Source: Candidatus Azophilus sp. (GTDB lineage: Bacteria > Pseudomonadota > Gammaproteobacteria > Pseudomonadales > Azotimanducaceae). Taken from it: a stretch of DNA of 64,000 bases. Below are positions 27,435-35,376 of this stretch, one piece after another. The stretch is from assembly GCA_965200465.1 (NCBI GenBank), contig OZ241358.1, positions 1,189,872 through 1,253,871 of the forward strand, read 5' to 3'. Position 1 is the stretch's first letter; each line of letters opens with the position of its first letter. Position numbers and translations under genes: made by a program. The notes beneath the pieces are model-generated. The model made no database searches. It was not told the origin of the DNA and worked only from the letters and a program-made list of their open reading frames with translations.

Positions 27435-28385
27435 TCAGCGGCCCTTGTATCTCTCGTATTCCGCCCAGAGTTTCTCGCGCAGCACTGGGTCCTGCTCCGC
27501 CATGGCCGCTTCGCGCAGTTGCCGGGCGATGATGTCGTCGTCCTTGGCGTCCGGGACGCCGCCCGCCGTCCGTCCGCCGCCGCTGCCCGGCATGGCCGGG
27601 GCGGGGCGCGGCGCTCTGGTGGTGCGTGCGCCGGGAGATGCGGCCTTGCCACCGCCTCCGGCCGGCTTGGCGGGGGCTGGTTGCGGAACCCCGCCGCCGG
27701 TTCCGGCGGTGCCGCGGTTGGAGCGTTCGGTGATGACGGAGCGTTCCGCCAGAATCTCTCCGTCGAACGCCTCAAGAGCTTGCTCCAGGGCGCCTTGCCC
27801 GCTTGCCGGAGCGCCGCCCTTGGCGCCTGAACCCGGCAGGCTGCTGGGGTTGCCGCCGCTGGGCGCTTGGCTGCCGGAAGCGGAACCGCCGGGCACGGAA
27901 CCGCTGGGTGCGGAGCTGCCGGGGACCGAACCGCCGGGCGCCGTTCCACTGGGCATGGCGCCGCCGGCTGGGGAATGGCCGGGTGCGCCGCCGCCGGGCG
28001 TTGAACCATCGGAGGATGGAGCGCCTGTTGAGCCTGGCGCGTTTGGCGGCGGCGGTATGCGCGCCTGCCCAGCGCCGCCGGGCATGGAGTTGGACGAACC
28101 GCCGGAAGTTCCGCCGGGGCTTGGCGCTCCTGCAGGCTCGGCGCCGCCCGGCAAACCGCCTGGGCTGGGCAGACCGCCTCCGGGAAGGCCGCCACTGGGC
28201 AGTCCTCCGCTGGGCAGTCCTCCGCTGGGCATGCCGCCGCCACTTGGCCCGCCGCTGGAGGAACCGCCGCTGGGGCCGGAGGACGAAGGCGATTGCGGCT
28301 GCTGCGGATAGAGCGGCGATATGGGCGCACAGGCCCACAGCAGAGCGAGCAGGGCGAAAAAAGCAATCTTGCAAGCGGCGCTCAT
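27435..28385 (-). CDS. Gly/Ser/Pro-rich low-complexity lipoprotein
   Basis: The ATG at 28385 gives MSAACKIAFFALLALLWACAP (lipobox LWAC). About 230 aa of G/S/P repeats follow (PSGGLPSGGLPSGGL...). The C-terminus is an ordinary helix, DDIIARQLREAAMAEQDPVLREKLWAEYERYKGR. Strand was chosen from the lipobox and operon context. Confidence 0.55.
   Translation of the reverse strand: MSAACKIAFFALLALLWACAPISPLYPQQPQSPSSSGPSGGSSSGGPSGGGMPSGGLPSGGLPSGGLPGGGLPSPGGLPGGAEPAGAPSPGGTSGGSSNSMPGGAGQARIPPPPNAPGSTGAPSSDGSTPGGGAPGHSPAGGAMPSGTAPGGSVPGSSAPSGSVPGGSASGSQAPSGGNPSSLPGSGAKGGAPASGQGALEQALEAFDGEILAERSVITERSNRGTAGTGGGVPQPAPAKPAGGGGKAASPGARTTRAPRPAPAMPGSGGGRTAGGVPDAKDDDIIARQLREAAMAEQDPVLREKLWAEYERYKGR
28195..28239. 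repeat. 15-bp tandem repeat x3 inside the Gly/Ser/Pro-rich lipoprotein gene
   Basis: ctgggcagtcctccg ctgggcagtcctccg ctgggcatgccgccg, read directly. On the minus strand it encodes the PSGGL pentapeptide repeats. More degenerate G/S/P-coding repeats extend over about 27850-28290. Confidence 0.8.
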
Positions 28386-28548
28386 GGCTGGCTTGGCATC
28401 CAACGGGGTGGAGCAGCCCTGGCCGCGGCGGCCTTGGCGTGATCGCAATCCGTCATGGGTTTCCCGAATCCAAGCCGTACGGCCAGTTTGGCCGCCCCGC
28501 TTGGCCGAAGGGGGGCGAGGCAGATGCGCCGCACGACCGGCAGGCGGC

Positions 28549-29940
28549 TTAGGCGTCTTCATCGTCCGCGTCCTCCTCCCGCACAAAGTAGCTGAATTCA
28601 TGCCGGTAGGTTTCCTGTTCAAAGGCGGTGGTTCGGCCATCGACCAAGGCCGGGCGGTAGCGGGCGTTGCGCAGGCTGCGGCGCACCGAGAAGTCCATCA
28701 TGCCCTTCGGCTCGGAGGCCACCACCTGCATGTTCTGGACGCCGCCGGTGGGCGACACCCGAAACGCCACCTCCACGAAGCCGGGGTTCTCCTTCCCCGC
28801 CAAGGCCCGCCGCCCCGAAGGCGGCTTTGGATCCTTGGGCAGGGGCATGTGCAGCAGCTTCGGCTTGGCGAAGTAGGCCTCGGCATCCACTGAGTCGAGT
28901 TGCTGCATGACGCCGTAAACGTGCTCGTAGAGGACTTCCGCCTTGTTGAAGCGCTCCCAAAGCAGGTGCCAGTCGGCCAGGTCCAGGATGGCTTCCGAAA
29001 CCGGCAGGGGGCCGCTGGCGGGATCTTCCCGACGAATGTGGATGACCGCCTGCAGCGCCCTCTCCGCCACGGGGAAGTTGTTGAAGGTCAGGGGCGCGTC
29101 GAAGGCCGAGGTGCGCACGCTGGGCCGGGTGGACATGGCGAACGCCGGCGCCTCCCGCTCGCTGGCGTAAAAGGGCGGGAAGCGCTCCATGCGGTAGGTT
29201 TCGGCAAGCCCCTGCAGCGCTGGGATGGCCTTGGGCGCCCCCTCGTCGCCGTTGGCCGCATGAATGCGCAGCGCCTGCTCAAACAGGGCGCGGGCGGCGA
29301 AGATGTTGTACCTTGCGTTGTGCCACTTGGCGAGGCGGAAGATGCCGGGCAGCAGGGCCTCGCTGTCCGCCCCGTGAGCCTTCCACAGGACTTCAAAGGC
29401 GTACTCCTCGCGGCTGGCGGCCTCCTCCAGGTTGCCGAGGCGCTGCAGCGCCTCCGACTGCTTGTAAACCGCTTCGACCTGGTTGGGGGTGAACAGGCCG
29501 TCGCTGACCCGGCTGACGTGGACCGCCGTGGCGTAGCTTTGCAGCGCTTCCTCGTATTGGCGAAGGCCGAACTGGGCGTCGCCAAGCAGGGTCAGCGGCC
29601 TAGCCAAGTCCCCGTGGTGGCGGTGGCGGGCGGCTTCAAGGGCGCGGATGTAGGGCACTAGGAAGGCTTGCGCCTTCCCGTATTCGGCGTTGTCGATGTC
29701 AACCGCCACCGCATCGAGCGGCGAGGCCGTTGCGCCAAGGGCTTCCTTGATGCGCTCCATCGCCGCCGCAACCGAGGATTCCCCAGCCGCGGCGGCTTGC
29801 GGCGCTGCGGCCTCCGGGCGAGCCTTAAGCTCGGCGGCGCCGGCCGCGCCAGGCAGCGGCAGCGCCAGCAGAACAACGGCCTGCACCAGCAGCAAGCAAC
29901 CGCGCCGCCGCCCGGCGCGGCTTTGCAAGGACGTCGCCAT
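28549..29940 (-). CDS. Secreted TPR-repeat protein with C-terminal TonB-C-like domain
   Basis: The ATG at 29940 gives a signal peptide (CLLLVQAVVLLALPLPGAAGA). The central region is TPR-like. A KDPKPPSG linker precedes GFVEVAFRVSPTGGVQNMQVVASEPKGMMDFSVRRSLRNARYRPALVDG. That block aligns with the in-window TonB C-domain GYVLLEFVVTRTGAVRDPVVLESKPPGIFDRAALNAALKFKYKPKVVNG. Confidence 0.65.
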   Translation of the reverse strand: MATSLQSRAGRRRGCLLLVQAVVLLALPLPGAAGAAELKARPEAAAPQAAAAGESSVAAAMERIKEALGATASPLDAVAVDIDNAEYGKAQAFLVPYIRALEAARHRHHGDLARPLTLLGDAQFGLRQYEEALQSYATAVHVSRVSDGLFTPNQVEAVYKQSEALQRLGNLEEAASREEYAFEVLWKAHGADSEALLPGIFRLAKWHNARYNIFAARALFEQALRIHAANGDEGAPKAIPALQGLAETYRMERFPPFYASEREAPAFAMSTRPSVRTSAFDAPLTFNNFPVAERALQAVIHIRREDPASGPLPVSEAILDLADWHLLWERFNKAEVLYEHVYGVMQQLDSVDAEAYFAKPKLLHMPLPKDPKPPSGRRALAGKENPGFVEVAFRVSPTGGVQNMQVVASEPKGMMDFSVRRSLRNARYRPALVDGRTTAFEQETYRHEFSYFVREEDADDEDA

Positions 29941-30080
29941 AGTGAACCCGTTCGCCCGGCCTCCTGTTCGCCAGCCTGCTTGCAGTGTGGAACCCGCACT
30001 TCGGCAAGTCAAGACGGAGGTTGATCGCGCACTCGCTTTGGGCCTATGCTGCCCGCTTGAATTGTCGGGAGGGATGGATC

Positions 30081-30980
30081 ATGACGAAGGCTCTAGCGTT
30101 GGCGGCGATGCTTGCAGCCGCATTCGCGCCGCCTTTGGCGGATGCGCAGGATTTTGAGGATCGCCATATCTTGCCGAACGTGTTTGAGGATGGGCTGAGC
30201 AACATTGAAGGTTTTATCCGGATTCACAATCTAAGCCTCGATAGAGCGCCCGTTAAATTGTCCGCCTATGACGACGCAGGCGTGTTTTGGGGAGACCGAA
30301 CAATCTTTTTGGACTCTAGCGGGGCCACGCACTTTAATTCCGGGGACCTTGAGAACGGCAATCCGGACAAAGGGCTGGAGGGGTTCGGCAATGGCAGCGG
30401 GAGGTGGACGCTGGTGATTGAAGGCCCGATTTTCGCAGGGTCGTACGCCAGAACGTCGGATGGCTTCTTGACCGCAATGCACACGGTGGCGCGGCCGGTT
30501 CCCAACTCTAACGAAGGATTATCGGATATCGACGACTACAAATACATCTACGTCATTCCCATCTTCAACCCAGGGCGCAACCGTGACCAGGTCAGCATAC
30601 TGCGCGTCAAGAACATGGAGAACTACGAGCATCAGTGCGCATTGGTGGGATTTGACGATGCAGCCGAGCAGGCTGGGCGCCCGATCGGGTTTTTTACGCT
30701 CGGTGCGGGTGTGGGCGCCGAATACACCGCCCTAGAGTTGGAGGACTTGATAGGCGACGGGGGAGGGAAATGGTATTTCCTTATCTTTTGTGACCGGATA
30801 CTCGTCTCCAGCCTTCTGCACTCCCGCCCCACTGGGTACATCACGAACCTCACCAACGCGGCTGTGGAAAGCCCCGCGCTCCGCGACTTCACGTCCTCCC
30901 AGCTGGAGAGGATCAGGCAGGCGTTCGCCAACTCGAACGCCATTGAAATCCGGCCAAGCCCCTCGCCGACACTGCATTAG
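30081..30980 (+). CDS. Secreted hypothetical protein
   Basis: The ATG at 30081 follows RBS gggaggga. Signal peptide is MTKALALAAMLAAAFAPPLADA. I recognise no family. GC is lower (52-58% in two spot-counted 60-nt lines) than in neighbouring genes (~70%). Confidence 0.6.
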   Translation: MTKALALAAMLAAAFAPPLADAQDFEDRHILPNVFEDGLSNIEGFIRIHNLSLDRAPVKLSAYDDAGVFWGDRTIFLDSSGATHFNSGDLENGNPDKGLEGFGNGSGRWTLVIEGPIFAGSYARTSDGFLTAMHTVARPVPNSNEGLSDIDDYKYIYVIPIFNPGRNRDQVSILRVKNMENYEHQCALVGFDDAAEQAGRPIGFFTLGAGVGAEYTALELEDLIGDGGGKWYFLIFCDRILVSSLLHSRPTGYITNLTNAAVESPALRDFTSSQLERIRQAFANSNAIEIRPSPSPTLH

Positions 30981-31179
30981 TTGTGGGGCGCGCCAATGGT
31001 AGATACGCATGTATCGCTCTTCTAAAGCATTGATGTTGCAGCCAAAATCGGGCGGCGCGACAACGGGCTGGCCATTCGTCCTAGGCGGCGCAAAGTCGGC
31101 CGCCTTGGGGCCACGCCGCACTGAACGCCGCGGCGCACCGATTCGGAGGCTTCCTGAAGCGGCGGAATTGCCGGTGGCT

Positions 31180-34100
31180 CTACAGGAGTTTGGGCTTGGC
31201 GGTCTTGGGCGGCTTGCGCATGGCGGCGGGGGGCGGCTTTAGGTCGCCGGCTTGCAGGCATTCCCCGGACGTCGCGGCTTCGAGCAGTTGCGCCTGCTTG
31301 GGGTAAAGCGCCAAGGTCGCCTCCAAGACCCAAAGCAGTTCGAGCAGTTCGGTGGTGAACTGCGGCGTCCAGCGCTGCGGGCGAATGCCGTCCAAGGGGG
31401 AGGAGCGCCGGCCGCCGCCTTCCCTTAGGCGGTGCTTCAGCCAGGATTGGACGACCTTGAGGCCGGAGACCTCGAAGTCGTAAACCGGCCGCGCCACCGG
31501 CGCGAACTCGCCCTTGCCGACATGCAGCGTTTGGCTGGCGGCGTTGTGCCGGAATCGTTCCGGGCAGCCCTCGGCGCCGTCGGGAACCGCCTTGAGGCAT
31601 CTCGCCGCCCCCTGCGGAACCATGCCGGGCCGCCCGCCGTCCGCGGCGAATCGCTCGCCGTAGGTGTGCAGCCACAGCAGGCGGGCGCCGAGGGCGCGGG
31701 CCTGCTCGAACAGGTCGGGGTCCCTAGTGATGGGAAGGCGCAGCTCGCGTGTCCGCAGCTGTGCGGCGAAGCGCTTGACGAAGGCCGGGTGCCCTAGGAG
31801 GCCATAGGCGTAGGCCAGGAAGTCCTCCGGCGTGACCGGGCGCCCGTATTCCCGGCTTAGCCGGTCCAGGAGGCCGGGCGAGAGGTTTGGCTTTGCGGCG
31901 TCGGCGGTTCGGTAAAGGGGGAGAGTTGCCTTTGCTCCGTATGAGCCTCGGAAATGGTCGAGGTCAGGAAGGTGGGAACTGGTCGTCAATGCAGGGCCTT
32001 CGCCAAGAGGATGGGACAGCAGGCTTGTTAGGTACACCTGCTTGTTGCTGTGCGTCCTCCATAGCGACGGCCCCGGTCTGTCGATTAGCCTTGCGTCCGA
32101 GAAAATGAACTGCCGGTCGAATGATCGGTAGGCGAAACCAGCAATTTCCGGCGCTGGGCTTCTCTTCCGCAGAGCGGCAACGGGCGCGAGCTGCGTCTCC
32201 GACGGCGCAGACGCAACGGCCGCCTGATGCACTTGGCGGCCCGTCGGGGAGTCCTTGAAAAGCGCTCTGCGCTCTTTCCCTTCGGCCTGCAGCAAGGCGC
32301 TCCAGCGCCTGTTCAGCGTCTCCCGGTCGGGCGCGATGACCCAGGTGCGGCCGGCTTTGACCCCGGACTGCTGCCACGGCATCAGGTCCGTCAACAGCGG
32401 CCAAGAGAAGTAGTCCCCCTCGCCCGCCGGGCGGAAGGGCGCCTGCCATTCCTCCGGGCAGTCCCGCCACTCCACCTTGCCAAGGCCGTCGATGGCCTCC
32501 AGCTTGGCCAGCTTCTCCCGCCGCGTTCCCTCGATGCTCGCGTAATGCACCGCCGCCGGCGCCGGGTTGGGCTGCTTCGCGCGCATCGCCACGGCGATGG
32601 CCACCGGCGTTTGGATGGCGAAGACGTTGTCGCTGCGGTGGGTGCCGCGCCCCTCGCCGCCCAGGTCCAGAATCCATATCTCGTCGCAGACGCGGCGCAG
32701 GTGCTCCCTCATGCCGCGGAAGGCGTCCCCGTCCAAGTAGCTCGAAGCGCTGATGAAGCTGACGATTCCGGGGCCGCCGCCGGCCTCCTGCTCGAAGACC
32801 TTCCACAGCGCCCAGCGCCAGAAATAGACATACAGGTTGTAGAGGTTCTTGACGCGGACGCCGTGGCCGGTGCGCTTCGCCGGCGCCAGAAAGTCGTTGA
32901 GGATGGGCGGCGCCTCGCGGTCTTCGTCGCCCCAGCGCACCCAGCCGCCGGTGCGGGCCTTGTTGAGCGCCGTGGCGGCCTCGTGGCGGTCGTAGGGCGG
33001 GTTGCCCAGGCAGACGATGACCGGCACGGCGCTCTTCACCGCCAGCGCCTTGCGGTGCTGCTCGGCGATGGGCTGCAGGAACAGGGGCGTCTGCGGCGGC
33101 TGCGCATGGGGGCTTTCCAAGGTGTCGGTCAGGTGGATGTGGGTGCCCTCGGCGGGCAGGGCGGCGCCGCGGTCGCCGAGGGCGCGGCTGATGCGCAGTT
33201 CGCTCACGGCGTAGGGGCCGACCAGCAGCTCGAAGCCGTAGAGGTTTCTGGCGAGCGAGGTGGCCTGCCCAGCCACAGCCCCGGCGCCTTGGCGGGCTTC
33301 GACGCGGCCCAAGGCGTGCTCGATGACGCCGAGCAGGTAGGTGCCGGTTCCCACCGCCGGGTCCAGGGTGAGCACCTCTGGGTCCGCGAACCCGTCCGGC
33401 TTGCCCAGCCGTTGGGAGAGCAGTTCATCGACTAGGCGCACCTGCGCGTGAACCACCTCCAAGGGCGTGTAGTAGGCGCCGGCGTTCTTGCGCAATTGCG
33501 GGTCGTAGGCCGCCAGGAAGTCCTCGTAAAAGTGCAGCCAAGGGTCCTGCGCCCCCAGGAAAAGACTGCGCGGCACTACGGAGATGACGCGCAGCAGCAA
33601 GTCCAGGGAAGCCGCCATGTCGGTGCGCGCCTTGGGGTCCGTCAGCACTTGCAGCGCCCGGGACAGCAGGCTGTGCTGGGCGGCGAGGGCCTGCTGGGCG
33701 CTTTCCAGCGTCAGCGGCTGCGCCCCCTCGCTGCGGCCCAGCAGCAGGGCGAAGGCGACGGTTTGCGCATAGGCGTCCGCGAACTGCCCGTCGGTTGCTT
33801 GCGGGAACAACAGGTGCCGCCAGTCCCGCGCCAGCGCCAGCAAGGGGGACTGCGCATCCCGCAAGGCGTCCGCCACGTCGTCGCGCAGCATCCGGCACAG
33901 GGGCGCCAGGGTTGCCGCGAAGTCCTTGAGGTTGATGCGGCCGTTGCGGTCCTGCGGCAAGGCCGGCTCCCAGCACAGGAAGTCGCGCAGCAGGCGTTCG
34001 ACCGCCAGGGCGTCCTCTTCGCTGACGGCCTTGGCGCCGTCCTCAATGATGTTTCCGGACAGGCGCAGAAGCGGGCCGATGCGCTTGCCGCGGCGGTATA

Positions 34101-34476
34101 GCGCCCATTCGTTGCCGTCGCTGTAGAGGATGTTGGGCACCGCGGCGAACCGCTTGAACTGGGCGCGGTTGCGGCCCTTGAAGCGGCCGGCGTTTGCGCC
34201 GGCGCCGGGCGCCTTAAGCTCGACATAGCCGGCCAGCAGGCCGTTGCGGTGGACGGCGAAGTCCGGCCGGCCAAGGCGGTCGGGCAGCGGTGCCTCTCCC
34301 GTGCAGACCAACCGCCAACCCCAGGCCAAGGCCGCCGCCGACATCAGGTTCTCGAAGGGCGCGCGCAGTTGCTCCTCCGGCGCCCCGGCGGTCAGTTGCC
34401 CCGTCTTGGCCGCCACGGCCGCGGCGAAGTCCTGCAAGGCATGGCGGGACCACGAATTGCGACTTGATTGGCCCAT
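31180..34476 (-). CDS. Single-polypeptide restriction-modification enzyme, type IIG / type ISP-like (PD-ExK nuclease + gamma-class N6-adenine MTase + C-terminal specificity domain)
   Basis: 1098 aa. N-terminus has RPDFAVHRNGLLAGYVELKAPG (D-X13-ExK). The AdoMet motif is YYTPLEVV...LDPAVGTGTYLL and the catalytic motif IV is CLGNPPYDRHE. The C-terminal region (FLAYAYGLLGHPAFVKRFAAQL, LWLHTYGERF) resembles the type ISP/MmeI-like target-recognition region. Confidence 0.8.
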   Translation of the reverse strand: MGQSSRNSWSRHALQDFAAAVAAKTGQLTAGAPEEQLRAPFENLMSAAALAWGWRLVCTGEAPLPDRLGRPDFAVHRNGLLAGYVELKAPGAGANAGRFKGRNRAQFKRFAAVPNILYSDGNEWALYRRGKRIGPLLRLSGNIIEDGAKAVSEEDALAVERLLRDFLCWEPALPQDRNGRINLKDFAATLAPLCRMLRDDVADALRDAQSPLLALARDWRHLLFPQATDGQFADAYAQTVAFALLLGRSEGAQPLTLESAQQALAAQHSLLSRALQVLTDPKARTDMAASLDLLLRVISVVPRSLFLGAQDPWLHFYEDFLAAYDPQLRKNAGAYYTPLEVVHAQVRLVDELLSQRLGKPDGFADPEVLTLDPAVGTGTYLLGVIEHALGRVEARQGAGAVAGQATSLARNLYGFELLVGPYAVSELRISRALGDRGAALPAEGTHIHLTDTLESPHAQPPQTPLFLQPIAEQHRKALAVKSAVPVIVCLGNPPYDRHEAATALNKARTGGWVRWGDEDREAPPILNDFLAPAKRTGHGVRVKNLYNLYVYFWRWALWKVFEQEAGGGPGIVSFISASSYLDGDAFRGMREHLRRVCDEIWILDLGGEGRGTHRSDNVFAIQTPVAIAVAMRAKQPNPAPAAVHYASIEGTRREKLAKLEAIDGLGKVEWRDCPEEWQAPFRPAGEGDYFSWPLLTDLMPWQQSGVKAGRTWVIAPDRETLNRRWSALLQAEGKERRALFKDSPTGRQVHQAAVASAPSETQLAPVAALRKRSPAPEIAGFAYRSFDRQFIFSDARLIDRPGPSLWRTHSNKQVYLTSLLSHPLGEGPALTTSSHLPDLDHFRGSYGAKATLPLYRTADAAKPNLSPGLLDRLSREYGRPVTPEDFLAYAYGLLGHPAFVKRFAAQLRTRELRLPITRDPDLFEQARALGARLLWLHTYGERFAADGGRPGMVPQGAARCLKAVPDGAEGCPERFRHNAASQTLHVGKGEFAPVARPVYDFEVSGLKVVQSWLKHRLREGGGRRSSPLDGIRPQRWTPQFTTELLELLWVLEATLALYPKQAQLLEAATSGECLQAGDLKPPPAAMRKPPKTAKPKLL

Positions 34477-34668
34477 TCACCAACCTTACTACGCATGCTG
34501 GGGGCGATGGCAATGCGCCTGAGCAATCTGCCGCCGAGGCATTGCATCCCTGCACAAGGACTTGAGCTTAGTGCATCCGTAGCCTATGGTGAGTTGCCGG
34601 GTTGCCCACATCACTCAATCGGTGAACGCTCAACTACATGGCAGCCAGCGGCGCCACAGGGCTTGACC

Positions 34669-34749
34669 ATGTACGTCTGGACGGAATATCTAAGGCACAG
34701 GGCAAAAGCAAGGGGGTTCGATTTGTCCGTTAATCGCGGTGCCGTTTGA
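34669..34749 (+). pseudogene. Possible truncated DUF4258-type toxin remnant
   Basis: MYVWTEYLRHRAKARGFDLSVNRGAV-stop resembles the N-terminus of DUF4258 proteins (H-A-x-x-R-x-x-x-RGI) but stops after 26 codons. It lies immediately upstream of a DUF2283 gene, the usual partner. Weak call. Confidence 0.25.
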
Positions 34750-34842
34750 ACAGGCAAATGATCGGGTCACGCCGGTCACCGTTCATGCAACCACTCGTCA
34801 GCAAATTAGTTTTCGGCTGAAGACAGGGAGGTACGCACCGCC

Positions 34843-35064
34843 ATGAAGACACCACGGATGTTCTACTTCGAGAAGGAGGATGTGCTGCATCTGGTGATAA
34901 GTGACGAGGAGGAAACCGGCAGCACTGAGCTCAGCCCCAACGTCACCGCGGAACTCAATGCTCAAGGGGACTTGATCGGCGTTGAGATATTGGAGGCGAG
35001 CACCTATGCCTCCTCTTCGTTCTCCACCACCGCAGGCGGTCTGGCGCAGCCGAAATTTGCTTGA
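34843..35064 (+). CDS. DUF2283 domain protein (antitoxin-like); C-terminus supplied by the 52-bp repeat
   Basis: MFYFEKEDVLHLVISDEEE...NAQGDLIGVEILEAS matches the DUF2283 pattern. The last 7 codons plus the stop (LAQPKFA-stop) lie inside the 35041-35092 repeat. Confidence 0.7.
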   Translation: MKTPRMFYFEKEDVLHLVISDEEETGSTELSPNVTAELNAQGDLIGVEILEASTYASSSFSTTAGGLAQPKFA

Positions 35065-35357
35065 AAACCGTCTTGACTGACCGTTTTGCCGCCGCTGCTT
35101 GTGCTCCCAGGGCTGCCGCTAGATGTGCGGCCAGCCTCCATCTCGAAGATTTCCTGCATATCGTCAATCGCCTTTCTAGCCTTGCTGCTGCGCATCAATT
35201 TATCAGCGTCAACATAGAATCCGCCGTTTTTGGTGACATGCACCTCCACCTTTTCTTCGCTTGGCGCCACGTCACCTCTTGGCTGGGCTTTGAACACGGT
35301 CTCCTCCTGCTTGAGTGCTGCGGTTTGAGTATGACAAGGCGAAAAACTCAGGGTCAA
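35004..35357 (-). CDS. Hypothetical small protein (doubtful)
   Basis: TTG start 20 nt downstream of the gcvPB-like stop. The first ~85 aa look protein-like (KVEVHVTKNGGFYVDADKLMRSSKARKAIDDMQEIFEMEA). The C-terminal part reads through the 52-bp repeat and is low complexity, so the native end is unclear. Confidence 0.3.
   Translation of the reverse strand: MTLSFSPCHTQTAALKQEETVFKAQPRGDVAPSEEKVEVHVTKNGGFYVDADKLMRSSKARKAIDDMQEIFEMEAGRTSSGSPGSTSSGGKTVSQDGFQANFGCARPPAVVENEEEA
35041..35092. repeat. 52-bp perfect direct repeat, copy 1
   Basis: ctggcgcagccgaaatttgcttgaaaaccgtcttgactgaccgttttgccgc is identical to 56929-56980. It contains an imperfect hairpin (aaaaccgtc-ttgact-gaccgtttt, one mismatch). 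Confidence 0.9.
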
Positions 35358-35376
35358 GGCTTAGTGTTGGGAGTTC

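Noticed and set aside
27445-28311. 288-aa plus-strand ORF opposite the Gly/Ser/Pro-rich lipoprotein gene
   Set aside because: Both strands give low-complexity products. The minus strand was preferred because it provides a lipobox signal peptide, an ordinary C-terminal helix and tight coupling to flanking minus-strand genes. This remains unproven.
29965-30000. Sigma-54-like element on the minus strand upstream of the first gene of the envelope cluster (GG-N10-GC, cGGGTTCCACACTGCA)
   Set aside because: Only the GG and TGCA parts match the TGGCAC-N5-TTGCA consensus. No enhancer-binding protein gene is nearby. The match is too weak to call without a position-weight-matrix score.
11358-35100. The whole region downstream of tRNA-Arg as a tRNA-integrated genomic island
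   Set aside because: No integrase was recognised and I spotted no repeat of the tRNA 3-prime end. The first genes after the tRNA (a TonB-dependent receptor and an MFS transporter) have core-like composition. An exact-match search for the last 15-25 nt of the tRNA would be needed.
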